Below, piece after piece: positions 1-13,109 of a stretch of 64,000 nt of DNA; within the stretch, counting starts at the first letter, position 1, and each line of letters begins with the position of its first letter. Source of the stretch: Schmidtea polychroa (lineage: Eukaryota); contig CM097885.1 of the NCBI GenBank assembly GCA_044892525.1, positions 235,168,001 through 235,232,000 on the forward strand, written 5' to 3'. Made by a program: the position numbers and the translations under genes. The notes beneath the pieces were generated by a model. That model had not been told where the DNA came from and did no database searches. It was given only the letters and a program-made list of their open reading frames with translations.

Positions 1-177
1 TCTTCTTTTCTTGTGAAAACCACATATGAAAACTGGAATTTGCTATCACTCAACTACCCTTTCTCTTTTCAATATCTCGGTTCAATTGAATCAATAGCTT
101 TTTTATTTTGATTGTTAAGATAAACACCCCAAACTTTTTATTAATCTTAAATGTTGCTTAACTCAAACAAATTCATA

Positions 178-281
178 TTATTGTTGATTAATATTATTGA
201 TTAATATTATTGATTATTATTATTGATTATTATTATTGATTATTATTATTGATTATTATTATTGATTATTTTTGATTATTT
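178..281. repeat. (ATT)n/ATTG-interrupted microsatellite
   Basis: Repeated tattgattattat units. Confidence 0.8.
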
Positions 282-1441
282 AATTTAGTTTAATAAAAAG
301 TCCACAATTTCAATATTAATTTGAAATAATAATTTTGTAAAAAATTATCTATACTTTAATAATATTTCTGTCCAAATAACGTTTCTTCTACTCTCTACTG
401 TTCTAGATAACAACTGTCTGTAATATAAAATAATCTTTAAATTATATTACATGGAATAATTTCTTTGTAAGTTTTTTTGAAAAAACAATGACAATAATAA
501 AAATTTGGAGTTGTCAAGAAAATAGTGATAAAACATGGATGAATTTTATTTTAGCCGGTTATTGTGAATATCTAAAAATTAATTTAGATATTTATAGTGA
601 TACTTTTTAAAAGGATTAAAGTTTTTTCAGTTCATGAATTTAGCAGAATGAATTTCCATAATAGATTTTCTGCAATACGCTAAGCATTTAATGTAGAATT
701 CCAAAAACAAGATTAGAGTAATTTGAGAAATTAATATCATCACATTAAAAATTTCTATCCTAAATGTATGATGAAACAAAGCATTTTAGGAGAATTGTTA
801 AGTTTATATTTTATCTTAAAATCTAAAAATTATTTAAAAATATTTATATCAAATAAAAAAAATAAATCATTTAATTACATAGAATTTAACATTATAAATT
901 ACCGTTAATATTAAAATTAACACAAAGCGCAATTGACTGGATTTTATTTAATGTTTAATCAGCCACTATTAATTGCTCTTTGGAGTAGCAGTTACATCTA
1001 CCAATTTCAAAATAGGGTAGAAAAAATCAATAAAACACACTAACACGGCATGTGTAACTCCTATAATAAAACAAACAATAAAATGCACCAGCTGCAAAAG
1101 ATAAACTAATTTTTAAGCAAATAATTTTTTAATACATCAAATTGCATTAATTATGTATATTATTAACTTATTATGGGCAGGTGGTAAGTTAATAGTTATA
1201 TTTTTTTCTTTTTATGTTAATATATATTTTTTAATTAAAATTACCTTTTTATTATGAATTTCATGTTATTTAGGATATATTTTTTTTTGGAAAATGGTAC
1301 GATTTATTAAATTTTCAATTAAAAATAATTTCGATAACTTTTTTGTGATTCTTCCTTTTATCCAAAAATTATTATTTAAGTGACAAAAATTTGATAAAAT
1401 GTGATATAAATTTTGATAATTGGTGATATTTAACGATTTAG

Positions 1442-1628
1442 ATTAAGAGAGCCATTATATATTGAAAATAATATGGAATCAATTATTTGGGCTAATCTTA
1501 AGCCACCTATTAATCGTGAAATATTGGAAATTATTATCCGAAGTTCTGATCCTGAAGACTTCTTAGAATTTTTGAAAATTAGACAAAAAACAAATGGAGA
1601 ACATAAAATACCGTTTAAAGGAGGCGAT
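1442..1628 (+). CDS. PIK3R4: PIK3R4/VPS15 internal exon (post-HEAT linker region); gene begins upstream of the window
   Basis: tttag acceptor ends at 1441, GTAAAT donor at 1629 (phase 0). Peptide LKPPINREILEIIIRSSDPEDFLEFLKIRQK resembles the VPS15 segment LKEPVSRSIFDYALRS...LHMRQK (recalled, not aligned). Confidence 0.75.
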
Positions 1629-1676
1629 GTAAATGGTTTTCGTAATTTAGTTTCTATATTTCGAATGTATCACTAG

Positions 1677-1956
1677 ATTACATTGAACTATCAAGTTAAA
1701 AAGCTTCAAGAACTTGGAATGACAACTAATGAAGAATCTCAGATTTTATTTCTATATAAATTAATACTGGAAATTGTTAATTCCCGGAAGCCTATGCAAA
1801 ATACTTTGAAAAAGATCAAAACATCGCATGCGGGATTGACATTAAACCCTAATATTAGTTATCATAATTACAAAAATACGCATTCAAAGGATACTTTTCC
1901 TGAAATTTTGAGTACACTAGATTTCGAAACGTCTTTGACAATTGAATCAATATCGG
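1677..1956 (+). CDS. PIK3R4: PIK3R4/VPS15 exon
   Basis: cactag acceptor, GTATGT donor at 1957 (phase 1). KKLQELGMTTNEESQILFL resembles VPS15 KKLLSQGMTEEEEDKLLAL. Confidence 0.75.
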
Positions 1957-2339
1957 GTATGTCGAATTTGATTTGTTTATATTTAGAATTTATTTATTAC
2001 ACCTTAAAATTCATTAACACCACAATAATTTAGGGATTTAACTTGAAAGGATAAGACAAATTTCAAAATTAAAGTTCATCTCAAAATATTATTTATTTTA
2101 CAAAAATTCATTAATTCAAACTTATTATCAAGTATCTAGTGATCAGTATAATAATTGATAAATAATATAATAAGCCTTTGCTGCAAGTTTCAAGTTTATT
2201 AAAAACAAAATGGGAAATAAAATATTTCTCTTCTAGTAGTTAATCTGAATTAGTTGTAAGTTTTGAAATCAAGTTCCCAGATGTTAAACTACCACCGATT
2301 AAACAAAAAGGTAAAATTAAAAAATAACCGCAATTTTTT

Positions 2340-3290
2340 GATTTAGTTCCTGTTTCAGCCGATTGTGCCTTTTCATGTTTTTAAATTAAGTGCTCGTGTC
2401 TTTGTGTGCATGCCTATTGGATTTTGAATTCTGTTTTTTGAATTATTCTGTGTTTGAATTAGAATATCGAATTCTTTAACTTTGAGTTTCTTTCAATTCG
2501 TGGAAATTTCGAATTTTGCTTTTGTGATTTATTATTGAATTTATTGGAATTTGAATTAATAATATTGTTTGTGATTGGAGATTACGAGTTTTTGTGAAAT
2601 TATAAATTAAATTGAATTTTCTGGGGTCGACTGGTATAAATGGATTATAATGAATAGAAGGTGATCATCGCTTTGAAAACAATGAATGATTCTGAGACAC
2701 TTAATTTTTCAAGCTGAAATCGCCCAACTGTTGAACATTATTATGGGGATTTGTCAACGGTAGAGTAGTTATGTTGTGTAGAGAAAATTGTAGGATCCAA
2801 CAGAGTCACCTTAAAAAGTTGTTTGGGACAGTTGGAGTGTTGTATGTCAATAGGATTTACGATAAAATTTTGTTAATAAAATTTTTTTTACAATCACAAT
2901 AAAAATTTAAAGCAACCTTTGCTATTTTCTTGGTAGTTTATTTTCACTTTTCGTATCAGGTAGATTAGCGAATCGTCGTGGAATAATTTGGGACAGAGGA
3001 TCACAGTCGAAATCGATTTTTATATAACTGAAGGATCTGGAAGATTTATCTTTTAAAGCGTTTTTTGTCCTTTAACTAATATTTCAGTTATTCTTTTAAA
3101 TCATATTTAGAAGTTGGAAGGTTCAAGTTTTTAAATCATATATTTTCTCCTGGTAATTTTTGTTATTCTTTAAATTATATTCGGGAATAGAACTGTTAGG
3201 CTTTTGAATCGTTTATTTCTTTTAAATAATCTTCAGTTATTACTTAAAATTCCGATCAGTTCGATTACAAAATATTTAGACTCGTAGGCC
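2340..3290 (-). mobile_element. Possible highly decayed retroelement fragment
   Basis: Minus strand shows N/Q/K-rich reading-frame remnants and recurrent YDLK-like motifs broken by stops. No diagnostic catalytic motif seen. Confidence 0.25.
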
Positions 3291-3846
3291 TTCCAATTCA
3301 CATAACATATAAATCTCAGATTTTGGAACAAGCTCTGGTTACTACACCAAACACCATTGAGATACATTTTCTATAGTATAAAATGTATTTCATTGCACTA
3401 TAAATGAGAACATCAGCGTGAAATCAAAGTAAGTATGTAATGTAAGATTATTGATTTTTTTTCTTATATTATAGGAAACGTATCTAAGTGGTGTTTGGTG
3501 TAGCATTAATAAAGAAGTCGCATGCAAAGTGAAAAACTGCCATACACCCAAAAAATATGCTTCTGCATAAATGTTTACTGCATTACGTGGATTGAACGTG
3601 AGAAAATATAAACACGTTATAAAATAAAGCGAAATTGATAAGGGTTTTATTGACATTAAATATGATCCAATCAAATGAGCTTTGTTTGGGTTTTCGTATT
3701 AATAAAGTTTTTATTTATTTATTTAAACATACACAAAATCATTCAGAGTTCACCTAAAATATTTTGTTTCATCAAATTACTATAATCAAATCTTTGAAGT
3801 TTCTCATTAACTGCTTGGGATATTGTAATAAATCTATCATTGAAGC

Positions 3847-4680
3847 TCATTCTGCTAAATCCATGATCTGAGGAACTTTAGTCCTTACTTCATTTTTAAT
3901 TTTGCTAAATGCACTTTCAATAGGGTTTAAAAATGGACTATAAGAAGGCAAATTTTCGATTTTATTATTAACCGAAGTTATATTATTATGGGTGGATGCA
4001 TTATCATGTATCAAAACGAATCTTATGCCATCAAGTTTAACATTCGATTCAGTTATAAATGACTGATCTGCTTCTTTCTTGAAAGATTCAATAAAAGATT
4101 TTGGATTTATTGGTCCATCTTTGGAAATTATCAAAATTAAAGAAATATTAGGGACCTCGATTTATTGGCACATTGCTATATATCGATTGGCTATTCGTGA
4201 TCTACCGAATCTCTTGTTCGCCCATGTATTGAAAGACAATTCATCTATATAAATAGATTTACTGCTCCAACATTTTTCAAGCAGGATATGTCTGGCGAAT
4301 ATCCAAAATTCTATCTGAATTTCTTTCTTCCAGACTAGGCCTCTCTTTTGGAAGTTATTAAATGATTATTCAGTTATCTTGAAATTTTTCTTGTTGAAAT
4401 TTCAACATTCTGACTGGTTTCTTAAAACAATTTCATCTGATTCAATGTGGCATAATAATTAATCTCGACATAGTCGAATAATTTTATGATCAATAATTGG
4501 TGTAATAATTGTTGGTCGTTTGCCTATTCTTGTTCCTCTGGATAAAATTCCAGTCTTTCTATATTTTATTATGATACTTGTTACTGTTCTCCTTTTAATT
4601 CCGAGAATACGGCCTACTTCTTAATAATCATAGCCGCATACATGGCATCAATGATCCTTTTTATCAGAAATGGTTATTAT
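3847..4680 (-). mobile_element. Degenerate Tc1/IS630-family DDE transposase
   Basis: Minus-strand remnants: HTH-like EVGRILGIKRRTVTSII (about 4560-4620), IYIDE (about 4240-4254), IHDNASTH and LPSYSPFLNPIE (ORF 3847-4134). Frame is broken, and the second D-to-E spacing is only 28. Confidence 0.8.
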
Positions 4681-5441
4681 GATAAAGGTTTTATAAGATA
4701 ACTAAAGTTTAATGAGAAATTTACACATTTCTATGAATTGCTTTAGCTGGAATAGTTAATTCCGAAAAAGCATCTGAAATATCCTTATACATTTTTATAT
4801 TTAGTTGTTTTAAATTGAAAATTTTGAACGTATTCAATGTCTAACTGTGTATTTTTAATTAAAAAAATTTGTGAACCCTCTTTGTGTGTATTTTTTTCTT
4901 CCAACAGCGATTTTTTCTATCTTTTGGTATCAATCGGCAGTCAATTACAAGGAAGCAGAAACCGAAATCACTGAATTGATCGTATAGTGACATTGGTGAA
5001 AAAAATCTTTTGTTTATAAAATATGGAATCATATAAACTCTATAGACTGGAGATTATTTAAAGATTTTAGAGTTTTGAAGGCTTTGCAAATTTTAAAGAA
5101 ATAATTGACTTGGCTTCCAAAATTCTATAAAAAATAACTAATTAAAAAATCGTTAAATTTCAACAAGAATTTTGTAACTATGAAAAAATTATCAAAAACA
5201 ATAAAAACTATTTTAATATTGTAAACTTATTTTTTTTTCAATTAAATTAAATCCAATTCAAATGCCAGTAATTCATTTTAAATGATTAAAATCTTCAAAT
5301 TTACATACAAGCTATTTCATAGTCGAAAATTCTCATTTTTGTTTTAATTAAACCAAAAATCTTGAGGCAAAAAATTATTTATTAATTATTTTATTGTTGA
5401 TTTATTCCACTACTACTACTAGGAAACCATCGTTATATTAA

Positions 5442-5454
5442 ATTATTATTATTA

Positions 5455-5506
<52 letters not shown>

Positions 5507-5518
5507 TACTATTACTAT
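5442..5518. repeat. (ATT)n/(ACT)n microsatellite
   Basis: Direct reading. Confidence 0.9.
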
Positions 5519-5540
5519 TTGGTGAATATAATATTAATAG

Positions 5541-5736
5541 GTAAATTAAATTTGGTCAACAGTCGAAGTTCTACGCAAAGTCAAGGGAAAGATAGTGCAT
5601 GGCATGATCTCTTTGACAATAAATCAACAGTTGTTGGAGATCAAAATAAGAACGGAGAATTAAAATTTAATTTAAATGAAGATGAAATAAACAATATCGA
5701 AATTTCTAATACTGATGTTTTAGAATTTCCGCTTAA
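5541..5736 (+). CDS. PIK3R4: PIK3R4/VPS15 exon (low-conservation linker)
   Basis: aatag acceptor gives phase 1, matching the previous exon. Open frame (ORF 5519-5740). GTAATT donor at 5737. Confidence 0.65.
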
Positions 5737-5779
5737 GTAATTTTAAATCTGACGTTTCGGGATTATATTATTCATTTAG

Positions 5780-5953
5780 GAAATCTGAAAATTTAAAATT
5801 TACTTCTTCAATTTATAAAGGTCTCCAAACTGGAAATTGTTACATTAGTAATGAAAAGAATCCTAAATTTTTTATTTCTTACTTACCAACAGCGTGGAAA
5901 CCGGCAGGTATACTAGTTGGTAATCTCCATGAACATCGACGAGGATATACAAG
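5780..5953 (+). CDS. PIK3R4: PIK3R4/VPS15 exon, entry into the WD40 domain
   Basis: Encodes WKPAGILVGNLHEH, the characteristic VPS15 W(R/K)PxGxLVxxLHEH motif. Phase 2 at both ends, consistent with its neighbours. Confidence 0.85.
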
Positions 5954-8001
5954 GTGTAAATCATTTAATTTGTGAAACGTAGATTATATTGTTTTTTATA
6001 ATATTTTCCTTCCTCCAAATTACGTATTTTATCGTGCTGTAAGATATTAAAATCTTTAATTTTTTGCAGATGAATATGTCAGATCATTACTTATTTTGTT
6101 TTAGGGGGGTTATGCCTAAATATAAATAAAAAGGTTTTATCATTGTAGATTGGTGATTAACTCATTAGAAGAAAAGAGAATAGGATAAGTTTACACTTCC
6201 TTATTGACCTTAATTAAATCCTATTGAGGAATATTTTAGTTTTTTAAAATCTCAATTTTCAGATTTTATGATTTAATAATACTGCTTCAGGACCTGAGGT
6301 TAAACAAAAAATACAGATATTTTCAATGATAAAATGGTTGGTTTAGAAATATAATTAATTTTTACATGTTAACATTGAACATTTTAAACTTATTTTTATG
6401 TAAAAGTGTGTTGATCAATGAGTTTTCTAAATATATAATTTTTTTTGAATGTTTTGCTATGATTATATATATATATATATGAATAATTTTATTTATATTT
6501 ATGCATAACCTTGTAAATTGTAGAGTAATCAAAAATTATTAATAGTTGTTGATTTGTTATCGCCAATTTAAGTTTAATTCGAAATATTAGGAAAGTAATG
6601 AAGTTTTTATATGTTTCATTAAAATTTCTTAGTCGGAAATAGATTTAGGTATATTGATGATACTCTTTATATATATAAAAGCCTAAATCAAGTGATGATC
6701 AAAATAGTTCACAAACATCGATATATTACTGATATTTATAGTCTTCAAGCTCTCTTTTTAATAAATTCAATGGGGAAAAAATCAGTGGTGAAATTGGAAA
6801 AAAAGTTCTAATAAGAAATAGGTCGTTATGGAAGTTCAATTTATTGAAGCTAGAAAATGTTTGGATTAGAGAATTCCTTTAATTGACAATAAATTCTCCA
6901 TTTATCAAAATATAAACAATCATTTTTCTTATGATATTTTTTTTACATAAATCAGAACCATAGTTTTGTCTTTACTGATTATTGATTTCACCCTCGCTTT
7001 TTATATAATCTTTAAAATCAACTCTCGCAATATAGTCTCAATCAAATGTGTAAAATCCGAATAGAATTAGTAAAAAGCATTATTCTTTCATTTTTTCAAG
7101 ATGATTACTCTAATATATGGTCTACTCTAAACCATTATTAGTCCTGTTCAGACTAAATTTTCTTCAAAAATAACTTCATAAGATGCTTTTAAATATTCAA
7201 CTTTATATTTGACTATTATTTACTTATATAACTTTGTCGCTAAAATTATATAGTAATTTCAAAATAAATAATATTTTCTAATTAATGCTATTCAAATAGA
7301 TATTTGTGATATTGTTCTAATAACTGTTGATACCAATTAAGGGGTTTTGAGTAAGATTTAAGGCATCTGTGAGTATTGATTAATTAGTGTTCTTCTCATT
7401 CTACGATCTTTTTTTGAAAATAACGAAAATATTATATGATTTACAAAAATGAAATTGCCTTTATCAAGTGTTATTTAATTTGTTTAACCAATCGTTTGCT
7501 AATAAAGATTTATTTTAACTTTAAAACATTAAGAAAGAAGAACCAGAATTCCTTTCATTTTCTTTTCCATTAATTTTTTTTCTTTTTTAAATTAAAACTA
7601 TCCAATAGATTTAAATTTATATCAACAAAATAATAATAAAACTATCATTAGCAAACAATTGGTTAAATAAATTAATTAACACTTTATAAACCCAGTGCCA
7701 AGAATTTTGAGTTACATATGAAAATTAATTTTTGGTCTAGTCATAATGATAATATATGAAATATAATTGATTAGATCATAATCCCCTTCAATAAATATTC
7801 AATCAACAACTAATTTATTGAGTTTTTTTAATTGTCATATTTCTATCAAAACATTAATTTATGCTTATTTTTCATTAAGATTTTGATGGCTAACTTAACC
7901 ATCTCCATGATTTTGCTTCTTTTTTTAAATAAATGGCATTTTCATATTTTATATAATTATGACTAATTTTTAATATTAAAATTGTGATTTTAAAATATTA
8001 G

Positions 8002-8188
8002 TATTTTGGCTCATCCATTTGAAAAACAAATGATAAGTTCTGGGACGGATAAAACAGTTAAAATTTGGAATTGTGATCCACATCCTAATAAACAAGACCT
8101 TACTTGCAGCAAATATTTACCCAACAAATCCTCCTTGACTGTGTCTCTTGAAGAGAACCAAAATAATACTTTTAATGGATCATGTCAA
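8002..8188 (+). CDS. PIK3R4: PIK3R4/VPS15 WD40 exon
   Basis: ttag acceptor, SSGTDKTVKIWN WD repeat, GTTAGT donor at 8189 (phase 0). Confidence 0.85.
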
Positions 8189-8682
8189 GTTAGTGTGTTT
8201 ATAATTGTATTATTTTTAAATTAATATTAATTGGTTATAAACTCGATTTTGATATCACTTAAGTTTTATATTTTATAATTTCTTTAATTTAACACATATT
8301 TTTGATTTTATTAATTATGATAAATTACATTTGATTTTGGTATCTTAATATCTGAAATTTATGTAACCAATTTACCCGTTCAATTTTCGGCTGTCGAGAA
8401 GTCAACTGGCTCGTTTTGCAATGATTCTTAAATACACTTTCGCTAAATTAAAATTTGAAATTCGATATAATTTAGAAGGTAGTTATTAGATTTACACCAC
8501 AATTAATTCGATGATAAATTTCGTAAAGAATGTAAGAAATCTTAAATTTCATAAAATGTTACACCACTTGTTTGCATGGAATAGTAACATCTATAATATA
8601 AAAAAAATCAATAAACTATAGAAACACAGAAACTTATTGCTGCGTTGAATTTTAGTGTTGTATGGAATAACTTAATTTAATA

Positions 8683-8942
8683 CACTCATACCTCGCTATA
8701 CGGCTGCTCTTTATACCTCTTTTCGCTATAACGGCCTACTTTAATTACGGCACTTTTTCGATTTACGGCGTAAAATGTTTCGTTATACGGCCAAAAATGT
8801 TATGTAGAACTGCAAAAAGAAGCAAGAACCAAGGCAAGACAAACAACGTTGGATAAATTTCTTATTTGATTCGTTATGCGGCGTTTCGCTTTGCGGCCAA
8901 CTTTACTGGAACGTATCTAGGCCGTAAAGCGAGGTATGAGTG
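8683..8942 (+). mobile_element. pogo/Tigger-like MITE (260 bp) with TA target duplication
   Basis: TIRs CACTCATACCTCGCT(A/T)TACGGC at both ends, flanked by TA (8681-8682, 8943-8944). Internal remnant KCYVELQKEARTKARQTTLDKFLI*. Confidence 0.85.
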
Positions 8943-10022
8943 TATAAAAATTTAGTGGTAGAAGAAATAACTTCACTACACAAACACAACATATACACCC
9001 GTTTGCACTGAATGAAAACTTCTATAATACGGGTTGGTGTGTACATCAATTATAGCCTATAATTTATAGGTGGCTCACCATTTATGAGAAATTAAGTTAA
9101 TTTTTAATATCTGCAATTTTTAAAAATGGCTTTCAAGTAAAATTTTAAATTTTAAGTAAATTTTAAGGCTTGAATTTTGATTTTATATAGATATGAGATT
9201 ATTCCAATTCTTAAATATTAATTTTATTCAATATTTATATTATATTTTTAATTACTTTACAGGATTTTTAGGAATTTATGTATTAAATTAATTTTGGATT
9301 TATTTCGAATTAATGTAAGCTAGATCAATTTTGAATTAAAATTATTAGCAGAAAAGTAATCACCAAGGATTTCTATTTTTTAAATACATTTTTGGAAGAT
9401 ATGGCAAACATGTACAAAAAAGTTCAAGTTTTCATAGTCTTCTGTCTTGAATTCAATTTCCAGAGCCTCTGGAAATATTAAATCCGCTTGGAAAGAACAT
9501 TATAATCTTCGCCATTTTTCATTACACTGGTTAATCTGAAATTGTCAAGCTCTGAAATTCTATTAAAATATTATATTTTAAACTTAAGTTAATAAAACTT
9601 AGATTTTCGAGATTTTGTCACTATGTCCACATTTTATGGAACTGTTGAGGGTCCTGGCTCAGTTACTTCAGAAATGTTTGCAATACTGTAAAATATTACA
9701 TTAATTGTCATTTCTTCATTTTCGCAAAAGGTCAAGGTTTCGATAGAAATTGCAGAAATATCTAAAATCCTAAGGAAATTTTATATTTAATGATTGTGGA
9801 AGGCCTTTTGTTTATATGTGATTACTGTCTAATATAAATAAACATCAAATCGTTTTCCTGTTCTATATTTGTAACTGTATTGAACTGGTTCTTAATTCTG
9901 ATTTTCTATATAAATTAAAGCTGAATAAAAAGTATCTATTTTTCAAGAATTAGCAACGACTTGTAAGAAGATATGTTTAAAAGTTTAATATGATGAGTTA
10001 ATCAGGATTTTTTCATTTATAG

Positions 10023-10514
10023 AATTTGGTATGGACAGATAATTTCAATTCCATTGCTGTAGTTGTAGATCGGAGATATATTCATGTCGTTGAACGTAGT
10101 GGTGAAAAAAAGGAACTCATTGATTTTCCTACTGATAAATATGGCTTTATAAATAGCCTTACAACACCATTAGAAGCTGGTAGTGATTTAGATTCCACAA
10201 CTCAAAAGACATTAATTTATTCTACTACTGGTAACTGGATTATTGCTCACGATTTACGATGTCCATCTCCGTTGAAAAGCATTTGGTGTCATAAACAAGA
10301 TAACGATTTTGGGTTCATTACGAGTTTAGCTGCACATAGTGCACACACGTGGATGGTGACAGGAACCTCCAGAGGGTCTTTGATTTGTTGGGATCTTCGT
10401 TTTCAAAAAGTCGTTAATCAAATAGATCATCCGAAAAGAAGCGGATTCTTGTCAGTAAAAATAAATCCGATTCTTCGTGAAATATCTGAGAATTGTAACA
10501 ATAGAAGTGCCCAG
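10023..10514 (+). CDS. PIK3R4: PIK3R4/VPS15 WD40 exon
   Basis: IIAHDLR...GFITSL...WMVTGTSRGSLICWDLRFQ, typical VPS15 WD repeats. CAG|GTAATC donor at 10515 (phase 0). Confidence 0.9.
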
Positions 10515-10592
10515 GTAATCAATTATATTACATTTTAATTAATGATTATTAGTTTAATCGATTTTTTAATGCAGTAGAGAGAAGTGTGCTCC

Positions 10593-11450
10593 ATGACTCA
10601 TCGTTTTTTGTCATTTTTTGCACTACCCCCCCCCCGATGACTCAGCGCAAAACAAAGACATATGACTCATCGATGACTCATCCATAGCAACCGTGGTAAC
10701 TGGATCAAGGTCATATGACTCACCCATAGCAACCATGGTAACTAGATCAAGGTCGCATGACTCATCCATAGCAACGGTGGTCCCCATGGCAACTAGGCCA
10801 AGGTCATTCTATTTTTAGCAACAAGGCCACATGACGTCATCGATGACTCATCAAGGTCATTCTATTTTTAGTAAATAGGTCAAGGTCATTCTATTTTTAG
10901 TAACAAGGTCACATGACTCATCATTTTTAAACAAAGACGATGACTCATCATTAAAGTACATATGATTCATCACCGTTGATCCTGCCCGATGACTCATCAT
11001 TTTTAAACAAAGAAGATGACTCATCAAGGTCATTCTATTTTTATTAACAAGGTCATATGACTCGTCATTTTTGGAACAAAGCCAACTGACTCATTATTAA
11101 AGTATGTATGACTCATCATTTTTTAAACAAAGACATTTAATCAAATATTTAAACAATGACATGTAAACAAATATTTAAATAAATACATTTAAACAAATAT
11201 TTAAACAAAGACATTTAATCAAATATTTAAATAATGACATGTAAACAAATATTTAAATAAATACATTTAAACAAAGACATATAGACAAAGACTCATCGAT
11301 GACTCATAGTTTAAATAAGGAGTTATTATTGTTTTTTGTGCACTAGCCCCCCCCCCCTTGTATGACTCATCGATGACTTTTTTGAACAAAGACCAATCAT
11401 TTATTTTTAAGACAAAGACTATCACACACGATTAGAACGATGACTCAGGA
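10593..11450 (+). promoter_or_regulatory. Subterminal array of transcription-factor-like motifs
   Basis: About 16 co-oriented TGACTCA (AP-1 consensus), one TGACGTCA (CRE), repeated CAAGGTCA (NR5A/ERR-type), CCAT(A/G)G(C/T)AAC (RFX X-box half-sites), AACAAAG (SOX-type) and TGTAAACA (FOX-type). Function is inferred only. Confidence 0.5.
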
Positions 11451-12259
11451 CTCCACTAGAACAAAGATGTTATTATCAAAATTATTATTATTATCATTAT
11501 TATTATTATTATTATCATTATTATTATTATTATTATTATCATTATTATTATTATTTTCAATGTAATATTATTATTTTATTATAATTATTATTATTACTAT
11601 TATTATTATCAAATTAATATTATTTCAAAATATTATTTCAAAGTAATAAAAAATAATAATAAAAAATAAAATAATAATAACAAAGTAATAAAAAACATTA
11701 CCATTTCTGATATAATTTTCTCCATAAAAACATATTCTTCATAAAAAATTCATAAATTGATTTCATAATTTCTAAAAAACATTATAATTAAAAACATAAT
11801 AATTGATATTTACTTTTTCATCCACGAGCATTTTGAAAAAATCATAGAGTATATGTAACGTCTATCCAATCAGAATACAGATAGGATAGAGAAATATACA
11901 CACACATACTCTATGCTTTGTACTAAAATGATGAGTCATCAATGACTCACATAGTAACAAATAATGTCTTTGTTACTCATTGTCTTTGTTTAATTTACAC
12001 GTGACATGAGTTCAACATGTCTTTATAATAATAATATTTTTGTGAATAATAATAAAATTAATTAATTAATTAATAATAATAAAATTAATAATAAAATTAA
12101 TTAATTAATAATAATTAATAATTAATAATAATAAAATAATAATAAAAAATAGTATTACTTTGAAAAATAATAATATTATTTTGAAAATAATAATAAAATA
12201 TATATATATCAAATAATTTAAATGCAAATCAATATAATAAAATGGTGGGTCCCTCAAAA

Positions 12260-12680
12260 AATCTTTTCAAACCTTATAATTCGAAAGGTATTTCAGAGGT
12301 CTATCTAATGGTCATATCTTCGAATGGTATAACCTTCAAAGGGTCATAAACCTTCGAATTTTTTCAAACCTTATAATATATATATCAAACAAAAGGAAAT
12401 TCAAAAATGAGTATGATGGTCCAAGTTTAAAGAGTCCAAGGTTCAAATTTTGAAAACCTTATAATATACATATCAAACAAAAGGTAATACAAAGATGAGT
12501 ATGATGGTCCAAGGGTCGAAGGTATATGGTGGGTCAATAACCTTCAAAGGGTCAAAAACTTTCGAACTTTATAATATACATATCAAACAAAAGGTAATAC
12601 AAAGATGAGTATGATGGTCCAAGGGTCAAATTTTTCAAACCTTATAATATACATATCAAACAAAAGGTACTACAAAGGTA
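12260..12680 (+). repeat. Degenerate tandem repeat inside the arm (core ACCTTATAATATACATATCAAACAAAAGGTAATACAAAGATGAGTATGATGGTCCAAG), about 4 copies
   Basis: Direct reading. Mirrored at about 23515-23935, 31860-32280 and 40325-40745. Confidence 0.85.
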
Positions 12681-12854
12681 GTCATCGCTGACTTTTTATA
12701 ACAAAGACAATGACTCATCACTTTTTAAAACAAAGACATCTGTTTTCAGAATGACGCGCCCATGGGATTTATTATTATTAATATCAAAATTATTATTATT
12801 ATCAATATTATTTATTATTATCAATAGTATTATTATTATTTTTATTATTATTAA

Positions 12855-12885
<31 letters not shown>

Positions 12886-13109
12886 ATTATATTCATGTCT
12901 TTGTTAATCATGCACGTTTATTGCAAAGTCTTTGTTAATTATGCAAGTGTATTGCAAATTTATTAGTCATACCTTGATATTAATTTTACACACATACTCA
13001 ATCCATTATTATTATTGCAAGTATTAGAGATAAATCTAAAATATTTACACACACAAGTCTATTCGAAAGTATACATGCTAGGATTACACACCTTAAGGGT
13101 AGAAAAATA

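Noticed and set aside
2031..2060. Possible VPS15 exon after the tttag at 2033
   Set aside because: Stops in all three frames within 7 codons. The 1956 donor joins the 5541 exon in phase instead.
10593..11450. CRISPR-like appearance of short repeats with intervening sequence
   Set aside because: Eukaryotic context, irregular spacing, the intervening sequences are themselves repeated, and there are no cas genes.
12696..12966. Poly-Ile ORFs on both strands (and mirrored copies at 23227, 31572, 39971, 41408)
   Set aside because: Translations of (ATT)n/(AAT)n microsatellites whose lengths vary between copies.
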